A DNA stretch of 64,000 bases, from assembly GCA_018399255.1 (NCBI GenBank), contig JAGYPA010000017.1:6130-70129 (forward strand), given 5' to 3'. Both the position numbers and the translations under genes were made by a program. This document shows positions 39,271-48,642 of the stretch, piece after piece (positions within the stretch are counted from its first letter, which is position 1; each line of letters begins with the position of its first letter). Source of the stretch: Spirochaetales bacterium. Lineage in GTDB: Bacteria; Spirochaetota; Spirochaetia; JABMQR01. The notes beneath the pieces are model-generated. The model was not told the DNA's origin and made no database searches. It worked only from the letters and a program-made list of their open reading frames with translations.

Positions 39271-40269
39271 ATGAACAAGTCAAAGCATCAGGTGAAAAGT
39301 GCAGTAATTACGGGATTTCTCGGGAAAACCCAGGACCGGTTCAGAACCTACAACTCTGAACGTTCCCTGGATGAAAAGTTTTCTGTTCTGGCTGGAATTG
39401 ATCAGATTGACGGGGTTGAGATAGTTCATCCGTATGAAGTGCCTGAAGCGCCGGTACTGATTGATCTCTTGCGGAAATATGACCTGACGATAGCCGCAAT
39501 TAATGTAAACGTAAAATCAGAACCTGAATTTATTGATGGGGGCTTAACTTCAGAGGATCCGGCAATACGAAAAAAAGCGGTTTCCATGATAAAGGCCGCG
39601 AAGGATTACGCCGAAGCGGTAGGTGCTGATAAAGTACAGTGCTGTCCGCTTGGAGACGGGTATGAGTTCAGCTTTCAAAGTGATTACAGAAGGACCTGGT
39701 CATATCTGAGGGAAGGGTTTTCTGAAGCAGGTTTATATAAGCCTGAAATTCCCTTGTTTATTGAATATAAGCCGAGTGAAGTCAGGGGAAAGTGTTTTCT
39801 TGATTCTGCAGCAAAAACCGTCTGCTTGTTGGAGCAGATACAGAATCCGGCTGTTGGAGTGACTCTTGATTTTGGTCATTCCATCTACGGTAAGGAAAAC
39901 CCGGCTGAAGCCTTGAGCCTTTTGGCGGGCAGCGGTTTTCCTTATTATATCCATATTAATGACAACGACGGTGAATGGGACTGGGACTATATGGTGGCAA
40001 CAAAACATTTCCTGGAATATGTCGAGTTTATCTATTACCTCCAGGAATTCAAGTATTGCGACTATCTCACATCCGATACTTCACCGAGCAGGCTCGATGT
40101 GCAGGCGACATTTGCCGCAAACGCAAGGTGGACGAATACTATCTGGAATTTGTTATTGGACCTCGACAGAGAGAAACTGTCAGATCTCATGAGAAAACGC
40201 GATTATATGAAGACATGGGAATTTTTGGAGAACAATGTGTTTTTTGGGCAAAACAAACATGGCGTTTGA
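39271..40269 (+). CDS. Sugar-phosphate isomerase/epimerase (xylose-isomerase-like TIM barrel)
   Basis: AP-endonuclease-2/xylose-isomerase-like TIM-barrel pattern (..FIEYKPSE.., ..LDFGHSI.., ..IHINDND..). Start at MNKSKHQ. Confidence 0.65.
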   Translation: MNKSKHQVKSAVITGFLGKTQDRFRTYNSERSLDEKFSVLAGIDQIDGVEIVHPYEVPEAPVLIDLLRKYDLTIAAINVNVKSEPEFIDGGLTSEDPAIRKKAVSMIKAAKDYAEAVGADKVQCCPLGDGYEFSFQSDYRRTWSYLREGFSEAGLYKPEIPLFIEYKPSEVRGKCFLDSAAKTVCLLEQIQNPAVGVTLDFGHSIYGKENPAEALSLLAGSGFPYYIHINDNDGEWDWDYMVATKHFLEYVEFIYYLQEFKYCDYLTSDTSPSRLDVQATFAANARWTNTIWNLLLDLDREKLSDLMRKRDYMKTWEFLENNVFFGQNKHGV

Positions 40270-40300
40270 TTGATGGTAGTAAAATTAAGCTGGAGAATTA

Positions 40301-41249
40301 TATGAAGATTGTTGTATTGGATGGGTACACCTTGAATCCTGGAGATCTTGACTGGAGTGGCCTTTTTTCATTAGGAGACGTTGCTGTGTATGAACGTACG
40401 TTACCTGATGAAACAGTTGCACGTTCTAAAGGTGCTGAATGTGTATTGACGAATAAAACACCCCTGACCCGGGAGGTGCTGGACCAACTGCCTGACCTTC
40501 GGTATATCGGAGTATTGGCTACCGGGTATAACATTGTAGATACTGCTGCGGCAAAGCAGAAGGGTATTGCAGTAACCAATGTACCTATTTACGGTACCAC
40601 ATCTGTTGCACAGATGGTGTTCTCCCATATCCTGAACCTCATGCATCCTGTAGCGATTCATAATCAGGCTGTTCGGAATGGACAATGGAATAACAGTTCC
40701 GACTTCTGTTTTTGGGTTACACCCCTGAGTGAACTGGCTGGAAAGACATTAGGTATCATTGGATTCGGGAGGATAGGTCAGCAGGTTGCTGCTATAGCTT
40801 CGGCCTTCAGCATGCAAGTTATTGTGTATGATATTTTTCAGCCGGAAGATGCAGCTGAGAAAAGGTGGGTTCCCTTAGATCAGCTCTACCGGGAATCCGA
40901 CATTATTTCTCTCCATTGCCCCCTGACCCATGATACGGAAAAGATGATTAATCGTAATGCTCTCAGGTTGATGAAGCCTTCAGCGTATCTCATTAACACA
41001 TCAAGAGGCCAGCTGATTCATGAAGAGGATTTTGCGGAAGCCTTGAACAATGACACCATTGCAGGTGCAGGGATTGATGTCCTGTCGATTGAACCACCTT
41101 CAGAAGATAATCCCTTGCTGACTGCTAAAAACTGCTATATAACGCCGCATATTTCCTGGGCAACCTATGAAGCCAGGAACAGGCTTATGGCAGCTGCTGT
41201 ACAAAATGTTGCTGACTATATTTCTGGTGCACCAAAGAATACCGTGTAG
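40301..41249 (+). CDS. D-isomer-specific 2-hydroxyacid dehydrogenase (glycerate/hydroxypyruvate reductase-like)
   Basis: MKIVVLDGY.., NAD-binding GIIGFGRIGQQVA, and catalytic region ..INTSRGQLIHEEDFAEAL..IAGAGIDVLSIEP. Confidence 0.8.
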
Positions 41250-41609
41250 AAGCGGCGGCAGGATGTGCTGTATAATATGCTGACTGACATCGGAACTATT
41301 TTTTACCATAGTATCAGCCCACTGTTTGGTATAATACTTACCAGAGCGTGGCTGGAACAGAAATTTACTTTTTAAATTAGGACTCTGTCGAAGATCTGTC
41401 TCTACTTTCTCCTGCCTGCAATGCTTTTCGCCGTGTTCATACAGTCCCGTATTGAAACGGTAATCAAGCTGATTATCAATCCTTTTTTTCTGCACTGAAC
41501 TTTGCTGAACCCGGCTCAAGATATTTCTTTTACAAAGCGGGATTTCTGCTGTAAAGTATAGGATACTCGATCCTGATAGATTCAATTTCTTTAAGGAGAA
41601 AATCTGAAT

Positions 41610-43346
41610 TTGAAAATAACACTGCTTGGCCGGATCATGACCATCCTCATACTGCTTATGATTCCTATCTATGCCATAGCATTTTCAATTTACTATTACG
41701 GATCAAGGGAGATTGAGAGTCAGATAAGTTCCTCTATTATGAAGAATGCATTTTACTATATGGATACCCTGGATAAGGAGCTTCAGCGGATCAGGCTGCT
41801 TAAATTTTCGGTTTTTGAAGACAACAACATAGGGTATCTGACCTATATTGCACAGGATGGATATGACTACGATAAATTAAAAGCTATGAGGGATCTGCTT
41901 CAGAGATTGTTCTACATTCAAAACAGCAGTTCATATATCGAGGACGTTACGGTGTTTATTCCCAGACAAGGGAAAAGCATTTCATCAACGAGGATTGACG
42001 ATTTTAATCTTGAAACATACGTCCAGTTCGGCATCAGCAGTCAGATGAACAGAGACCCGCTGAAGTTTTTTCAGGGTCAGCCCTATCTTATTGACTCCTA
42101 TCCATTTATTCTCGATGAAACCGAAGAGTTAGCCGATTTTATCTTTACTATAGCTCTGTCGGAAAGTGAAATACGAAAGTCTCTACAGGCGCTCAGATTT
42201 GATTTTGGCGGAGAGACCTTTATGCTTCACGAAAACGGGGAATATTCAATTATTGAGGAAGGAAGTTTCTTCTCCGAGGAAAGCTTGTATCCCGAGTTTG
42301 CTGAATATGCTTTGGAGAAAGGGGAAGGTTTTTTCCACTATACATCAGACAAAACCCCCTATCTCGGCATCTTTAAACGTTCTGAATACAGCGGTCTCAT
42401 ATTATTCCACATCATTCCTGAATTAGAGCTCTTTACCCCTTTGCGGCGTTACCTCGGATTTTTCTGGGTCTTCACTATCTTCTCTATAGTTCTTATTACA
42501 CTCTTTGCTGTTACCTCCCATCGCCTGCTTCATCGACCGCTCCGACTTCTTGTAGGGGCTTTCCAGAAACTGGAGGCATGGGATATTTCCGTCCATATAG
42601 ACAATAAAGAGGAATATGAATTCGGTTATCTTTTCCATGCTTTCAACAGAATGGTCAGCCAAATCAACAAACTGATAAAAGATGTATACGAGAAGGAATT
42701 ATTGGTTCGCGATGCGCGATTCAGTCAACTGCAGGCCCAGATTAACCCGCATTTTCTGTACAACAGTTTTTTTATTCTGCAGAGAAGAATAAACAGTGAA
42801 GATATTGAAGGGGCCTCTAAAATGTCTGCCCAATTAGGAAAGTACTTTCAGTATGTAACTCACTCCGAACAGGATACCGTTCCTCTCAGTATTGAATTCA
42901 AGCATGTTTGCAATTACATCGATATCCAGACCATACGGTTCGCCCGGAGACTGACTGTTGAACTGGAAGAACTTCCCGAAAATTGTGCTCACCTGAAAGT
43001 TCCCAGATTAATACTCCAGCCTCTTGTGGAAAATGCTTTCAAGTACGGCTTGGAGGATAAAAGCAGTAACTGTTTCCTGAAAATTTCGTTTGAAACCAAA
43101 GAGGACTGTCTTTTAATCTTGATAGACGATAACGGAGGAGGAATGACGGAGACTGCTGTCGAACAATTGCGGCAAAAGCTCGAAGCACCTCTTCAGCATC
43201 AGGAAATATCAGGCTTAGTTAATATACACAAAAGACTGAGGATTTTCTTTGGAAATGAGAGCGGGCTCACGATCACACCTTTGCCTTCAGGAGGTTTGAG
43301 AGCAGTAGTCAAAATCCCGAGAGCTCCGGAAGGCCGAAATGTATAA
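41610..43346 (+). CDS. Sensor histidine kinase, YesM/LytS-like (paralogue of 6617-8338); TTG start
   Basis: Same architecture. FSQLQAQINPHFLYNSF motif. Confidence 0.85.
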   Translation: MKITLLGRIMTILILLMIPIYAIAFSIYYYGSREIESQISSSIMKNAFYYMDTLDKELQRIRLLKFSVFEDNNIGYLTYIAQDGYDYDKLKAMRDLLQRLFYIQNSSSYIEDVTVFIPRQGKSISSTRIDDFNLETYVQFGISSQMNRDPLKFFQGQPYLIDSYPFILDETEELADFIFTIALSESEIRKSLQALRFDFGGETFMLHENGEYSIIEEGSFFSEESLYPEFAEYALEKGEGFFHYTSDKTPYLGIFKRSEYSGLILFHIIPELELFTPLRRYLGFFWVFTIFSIVLITLFAVTSHRLLHRPLRLLVGAFQKLEAWDISVHIDNKEEYEFGYLFHAFNRMVSQINKLIKDVYEKELLVRDARFSQLQAQINPHFLYNSFFILQRRINSEDIEGASKMSAQLGKYFQYVTHSEQDTVPLSIEFKHVCNYIDIQTIRFARRLTVELEELPENCAHLKVPRLILQPLVENAFKYGLEDKSSNCFLKISFETKEDCLLILIDDNGGGMTETAVEQLRQKLEAPLQHQEISGLVNIHKRLRIFFGNESGLTITPLPSGGLRAVVKIPRAPEGRNV

Positions 43347-44946
43347 TATTCTTGTTGTGGATGACGAAGTTGAAATCGCGGATTATCTCCATCAGTTGGT
43401 AAAGGGCTTGGAAACCTATGAGGTTGATGTATACAAAGCCTATTCTGGAGACGAAGCACTTACTCTCCTTGGACGGAACAGGATGGATATCGTTCTCTCC
43501 GATATGAAGATGCCCGGCTTGAGCGGACTGGATCTTCTTGAGAGAATTAACGAGAGATGGCCGCACTGCCTGGTCATTTTTCTCACGGGCTATCAGGATT
43601 TTGACAGCATTTACACGGCTACTAAAATGGGCAGTGTGCAGTATCTGCTTAAGACCCTGGAAGACCATGAGATTCTCGATGCCCTGGAAATAACCTTAGC
43701 CCGATTGGAAAAGGAGCGAAGAACTGTCCGCTGTATTCAAAAATCAGAACCCTACCTGGTCCATCAGTTGCTTGAGGACGGTCTTCTATCACGGGATGAA
43801 AACTTCTGGAATAGAAGATCAACAATAGAACTGCTGGAGGAACTGGGAATTGAGCTCGATGTGAATGAGTCGGTGTACATTGTTCTTGCCAAATTCGATT
43901 TTCCTGTCAGGAGCAGCGGCATTACGGAATGTAAAAACATACTGCAGGCCGCCGAGATGCTGAATGATCACCTGGTATCCAATTTCGTTCATGTATTTAC
44001 AAGCTTCAGGGAGCAATATCTGGTTTCACTTCTTCAGCCCCGCGATAAAACACTCAATGACCCCCAGTCTCTGATTTGGGGGAACCTGGATCTGATCCAA
44101 ACCCTTTTTCATGATCAAGTGAAGCAGGAATTTTCCTTTTTATTGGAATCATGCCCTGTCCCCCTGTCCCGCATGGCAAAGGTATTCGATGAAATGACTG
44201 ACAATCTGGACAAGCAGATTGGAGCCGGAAACCGGGGAGGCGGGATAAGTTCCGTTGCCTTCGATGGGACGGACCTTTCTTTTCGTTCAGGGCTTCATTT
44301 TGAACGGGGACTGCAGCTGCTGCATGAGTACCTCGAGTCGGGTCGAAAAGAAGAGTTTATTAACCTGATCGACGCTATCTTTTCCTCCTCCGGTGACTTG
44401 TATGAAGCATATATTTCAATTTCCCTTATACTCTACAGGACAATAAACACCTTCGGACTATATGAGGAGATTAACGACCAGACCGGGCTGCTGCACCTTT
44501 TTAACCTGGAAGAACACCTGACCAGGGATGCTGCCGTTAATTATCTTAAAACAGTTTCACACATTCTTTTTGATAAAATAGAATTAAAAAGCAAGCAGCG
44601 AGTTTCGGCAATCATAGAGAGTCTCTGTGATCATATCAGGAACCATTTGAGTGAGGATATTTCACTGGTCAGGCTGGCTGACTTTGCCAACCTGAATGCT
44701 TCATACCTGTCACGGCTGTTCAAAAAGGAAATCGGGCAGAACCTTTCAGTGTATATCGCTAATGAAAAGATGATAAAAGCCAGGGACCTGCTGAGCAATC
44801 CCCGATTGAAAATCAAGGAAGTGGCTGCTGAAGTCGGGTACTACAATCCTGCTTATTTTACAAGATTTTTTAAGCAGCTGACAGGACTGTCACCAGCGGA
44901 GTACAGAAATTCTATGGCGAATGTAAAAAATAGAGAAGATATGTAA
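43339..44946 (+). CDS. Response regulator with AraC-type HTH (paralogue of 8340-9593)
   Basis: Receiver (..DIVLSDMKMPGLSGLDL..) plus AraC HTH (..YYNPAYFTRFFKQLTGLSPAEY). Confidence 0.85.
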   Translation: MYNILVVDDEVEIADYLHQLVKGLETYEVDVYKAYSGDEALTLLGRNRMDIVLSDMKMPGLSGLDLLERINERWPHCLVIFLTGYQDFDSIYTATKMGSVQYLLKTLEDHEILDALEITLARLEKERRTVRCIQKSEPYLVHQLLEDGLLSRDENFWNRRSTIELLEELGIELDVNESVYIVLAKFDFPVRSSGITECKNILQAAEMLNDHLVSNFVHVFTSFREQYLVSLLQPRDKTLNDPQSLIWGNLDLIQTLFHDQVKQEFSFLLESCPVPLSRMAKVFDEMTDNLDKQIGAGNRGGGISSVAFDGTDLSFRSGLHFERGLQLLHEYLESGRKEEFINLIDAIFSSSGDLYEAYISISLILYRTINTFGLYEEINDQTGLLHLFNLEEHLTRDAAVNYLKTVSHILFDKIELKSKQRVSAIIESLCDHIRNHLSEDISLVRLADFANLNASYLSRLFKKEIGQNLSVYIANEKMIKARDLLSNPRLKIKEVAAEVGYYNPAYFTRFFKQLTGLSPAEYRNSMANVKNREDM

Positions 44947-45032
44947 AACTATTGCAGCTTTCGCCATTGGATAACCTGTTCTACCATACTTTCAGACCTG
45001 CAGGTCAAATTAAGAAAGGATGGTATTCATTT

Positions 45033-46724
45033 ATGAATCGAAAGAAACTTTTTACAGTCGGTTTATTGTCAGTTCTGGTTCTCTTTTCCGCTTTTGCTGG
45101 TGGTCAGCAGAGCGAATCGACCGAACCGGTAATCGTTGCTCCGGGCCCCTTCGGCAAGTACAGCCCCCCCATCGAGGTGACGGCTTTTAAAATAACAAAG
45201 GACCAGATGTCTTTTCAGCCAGGTGAAGACCTGAACAACAATATCTGGGCTAAGCTCTATGAAGAGGAGCTGGGCGTCAAGGTTAATTACGTATGGACCG
45301 TTGCCGACGCTCAAGCTCAGAATAAAGTCAACGTGCAGATTGCCGCAGCGGATTTACCTGATATTTCCACAGTCGGTCCTGTTCAGTTCAAATCTCTTTA
45401 TGAAAGCGGAATGATCCAGGACCTTACGCAGGCGTGGGATGAATACGCCTCTCCCCTGGTAAAACAAATCTTTGAAGAGGAAGATGGAGGAGTTGCTCTT
45501 GGTCAGGTAAGCATAGACGGTAAGCTCTATGGTATTCCCAAAACCAGGGAAAACCTTGATGCTGTGCCTCTCATCTATATACGAGCCGACTGGCTGGAGA
45601 ATTTGGGACTTGCTGTTCCCAGAACAATTGACGAGCTGGAAGCCGCAGCCAGAGCTTTTGCTTTTGATGATCCTGACGGGAACGGCGAAGATGACACCTT
45701 GGGGATTTCGTTCACTGGAAACCTCAACGACCCCATCGGCGGTATGAACGGTTTGTTTATGGGTTTTGGGGCCTATCCTTACCTTAACGGAGCCAAGGAA
45801 GTCTGGTTGAACGATCCTTCATCAGGAGAAGTAATCTCTGCTTCAGTGCAGCCGGAAGTGCGCCAGACTCTGGAAACATTGTCACGCTGGTACGAAGAGG
45901 GAATTCTCGATCGAGAGTTTGCTACTAGAGATCTGGTTAAAATTTCGGAATTGGCCTCAAACGGCAAACTGGGGATTGTGTATGCTGAGCACTGGTTTCA
46001 GTGGATGTGGCCCATGCCCATGGCTATCATAAATGTCCCCGAAGCCGAATGGATCACTATAGAGATCCCTACAGTAGATGGCAGTCCTGCTGAAGTTGTT
46101 CTTCCCGGTTCTCTCGACAGCACTGTTTATGTGGCCAATTCTTCTATGAAGAATCCCGAAGTGCTCGTAAAAATGTTGAACCTCTATGTGAAGCAGCTCT
46201 CCCAGTCAAGTCCCGATTACGCTGAGGACTATCATGTAATCACCAAGGAAGACGGTGAGAAGTTTATCACCTGGCACTATGGACTTGTACAGAGCGGTAC
46301 CGTCGGAAACGCCTATGGAACCGGACGTATTCAAGAGTGGTATAAACACAGAAATACCGATTATCATCAGCACGAAACTGCCTGGGTAGCCGATATGATT
46401 GATCAAATCAGAAAGCATATCGGCGATCATGAGGAACCCGGCGACAATATGTGGAACTGGACAACATGGATGTGGGGGAACCCGGAGGGCGCTTACTCTA
46501 TTAACTTGAAGCTTAAAGATGAAGGGCGCACATTCGTCAATGCATACCTCGGTGTCGATACTGAGACCATGGCAGATAGAATTTCATCCCTTGCGTCCAT
46601 GAGAGAAGAGGTTTTTACCCGGATCATTATGGGAGGACAACCCATAAGCGCTTTCGATACCTATGTTCAGGATTGGTACAAACTCGGCGGAGAAAAAATC
46701 CTCGGAGAAATTAACGATCTTTAA
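45033..46724 (+). CDS. Lpl-type extracellular sugar-binding lipoprotein (intact paralogue of pseudogene 9702-11424)
   Basis: Signal peptide MNRKKLFTVGLLSVLVLFSAFAGG, then a ~560-aa solute-binding protein. Confidence 0.85.
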   Translation: MNRKKLFTVGLLSVLVLFSAFAGGQQSESTEPVIVAPGPFGKYSPPIEVTAFKITKDQMSFQPGEDLNNNIWAKLYEEELGVKVNYVWTVADAQAQNKVNVQIAAADLPDISTVGPVQFKSLYESGMIQDLTQAWDEYASPLVKQIFEEEDGGVALGQVSIDGKLYGIPKTRENLDAVPLIYIRADWLENLGLAVPRTIDELEAAARAFAFDDPDGNGEDDTLGISFTGNLNDPIGGMNGLFMGFGAYPYLNGAKEVWLNDPSSGEVISASVQPEVRQTLETLSRWYEEGILDREFATRDLVKISELASNGKLGIVYAEHWFQWMWPMPMAIINVPEAEWITIEIPTVDGSPAEVVLPGSLDSTVYVANSSMKNPEVLVKMLNLYVKQLSQSSPDYAEDYHVITKEDGEKFITWHYGLVQSGTVGNAYGTGRIQEWYKHRNTDYHQHETAWVADMIDQIRKHIGDHEEPGDNMWNWTTWMWGNPEGAYSINLKLKDEGRTFVNAYLGVDTETMADRISSLASMREEVFTRIIMGGQPISAFDTYVQDWYKLGGEKILGEINDL

Positions 46725-46809
46725 TGTATACCGTCCTTCCCGGTCTTTGTCGGAGTAGTAACTATCCGGCAAAGACCGATCTATTATCTACTTCATAAAG
46801 GAAAGCGAA

Positions 46810-47718
46810 ATGAAAGCACTCCCATCGGCCAAGGCAAAAAGAAATGTGCCGCTTCACCTTATGCTGCTGCCGGCTGTTATATTAGTTCTTATCTATAACT
46901 ATATACCGATGCTAGGGGTGGTCATGGCTTTTCAACGGTATATTCCCGGGCGCGGTCTCTTCGGATCGCCATTTACAGGCCTGGATAATTTCAAATATGT
47001 CTTTGGCCTATCCGGCTTTACTTCAGCTGTTCGGAATACTGTCTTTATCGCTTTTATAAAAATGGTTACCGGGATAGTTGTTCCTGTAACCTTCGCACTT
47101 CTTCTCAATGAAGTGCGTGCAAAGAAGACGAAAAAGATAATTCAGACGATGATCTATCTGCCCTTTTTTCTGTCATGGGTCATCCTTGCTGGTATTCTGA
47201 GGGATATACTCTCTCCCAGTACGGGAATCGTCAATAAATTTCTCATGCTCTTTACCGATGAGTCGGTGTACTTTCTGGCCAATGCGGGAATTTTCCCCTG
47301 GGTTATCATCATTACTCACATATGGAAAGAATTCGGTTACGCAACAATTATTTATCTTGCCACGCTTACTACCATCGATCCGGCTCTCTATGAGGCAGCG
47401 ATGATAGATGGAGCGGGACGGCTCAGTCAGACCTGGCATGTAACGATTCCCGGCATAGCACCTATTGTGATACTTCTGTCGGTATTAAGCCTTGGTCAAA
47501 TACTGAATGCAGGATTTGACCAGGTTTTTAATCTCTACAATTTTTCTGTCTACAGTACGGGAGATATACTGGATACCTTCATTTACCGGATCAGTCTTGA
47601 TAATCTCCAGTTTGCGATAGGAACGGCTGTAGGGCTTTTCAGGTCTGTTGTTTCCTTTGTGTTTGTCGTTGCTTCCTACTGGCTGGCAGATAAGCTTACG
47701 GACTACCGAGTATTCTGA
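46810..47718 (+). CDS. Sugar ABC transporter permease (LplB-like)
   Basis: Paralogue of 11609-12493. Confidence 0.85.
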   Translation: MKALPSAKAKRNVPLHLMLLPAVILVLIYNYIPMLGVVMAFQRYIPGRGLFGSPFTGLDNFKYVFGLSGFTSAVRNTVFIAFIKMVTGIVVPVTFALLLNEVRAKKTKKIIQTMIYLPFFLSWVILAGILRDILSPSTGIVNKFLMLFTDESVYFLANAGIFPWVIIITHIWKEFGYATIIYLATLTTIDPALYEAAMIDGAGRLSQTWHVTIPGIAPIVILLSVLSLGQILNAGFDQVFNLYNFSVYSTGDILDTFIYRISLDNLQFAIGTAVGLFRSVVSFVFVVASYWLADKLTDYRVF

Positions 47719-47733
47719 GTATAGGAGAATTCG

Positions 47734-48627
47734 ATGAACATCAGAGATTCAAAGGCTGAAGCACTTTTTAAAAAAATCAATACGGTTTTCCTCTGCATTG
47801 TGGCAGTCCTTTGCGTTTTGCCTCTCGTTCACGTTCTGGCTCTGTCTTTCAGCAGCAGCCGTGCAGCGGGGGCGGGAATCGTCACTTTATGGCCGAAGGA
47901 GTTTACTCTCGAAGCCTATAACTACGCTATTGGAAGATCCCAGTTCTGGAGATCCATGGGTATATCCCTGTCCAGAATCCTGGTGGGGCTGCCTGTCAAC
48001 ATGGTGCTGACAGTACTGACTGCCTATCCGCTCTATATGTATTCACGGAGTTTTAAGGCAAGGAATTTCTACGCATGGTTCTTTTTTATCACCATTCTTT
48101 TTAATGGCGGGCTGGTTCCCACGTACATGGTTGTTTCAATGACCGGAATTCGCGATACTCTCTGGGCTCTTATTCTTCCGACTGCCGTTCCGGTGTTCAA
48201 TATCATACTTCTGCTGAATTTCTTCAGAAGACTGCCTAAGGAGATTTCCGAATCAGCTTATATGGACGGTGCGAGCCATTTGCGAATACTTTTTCAGATA
48301 TTTATCCCTCTATCGAAACCTGCTCTGGCAACCTTGATCCTTTTTGTTTTCGTTTTCCACTGGAACAGCTGGTTCGACGGTTTGATCTATATGAACTCGT
48401 CGGAAAATTACCCTTTGCAGACATATCTGCAGAATATTGTAGTTGCAAGGGACTTCGAAATGTATTCCAGTGCTACGGCCGAGGAGTTGAAAGCACTGGC
48501 AGAAGTGTCGGACAGAACCACGAAAGCAGCTCAGATTTTTATAGCAGCTTTCCCCATACTCATAATTTACCCCTACCTTCAGAAACACTTTGTCAAAGGT
48601 ATTGTCGTGGGCAGCATAAAAGGCTAA
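47734..48627 (+). CDS. Sugar ABC transporter permease (LplC-like)
   Basis: Paralogue of 12613-13500. Confidence 0.85.
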   Translation: MNIRDSKAEALFKKINTVFLCIVAVLCVLPLVHVLALSFSSSRAAGAGIVTLWPKEFTLEAYNYAIGRSQFWRSMGISLSRILVGLPVNMVLTVLTAYPLYMYSRSFKARNFYAWFFFITILFNGGLVPTYMVVSMTGIRDTLWALILPTAVPVFNIILLLNFFRRLPKEISESAYMDGASHLRILFQIFIPLSKPALATLILFVFVFHWNSWFDGLIYMNSSENYPLQTYLQNIVVARDFEMYSSATAEELKALAEVSDRTTKAAQIFIAAFPILIIYPYLQKHFVKGIVVGSIKG

Positions 48628-48642
48628 TAAGGAGATAATTTC

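Noticed and set aside
41100-41585. 161-aa minus-strand ORF
   Set aside because: It lies antisense over the 3' end of the 2-hydroxyacid dehydrogenase gene and the intergenic region, has no homology signal, and is likely spurious.
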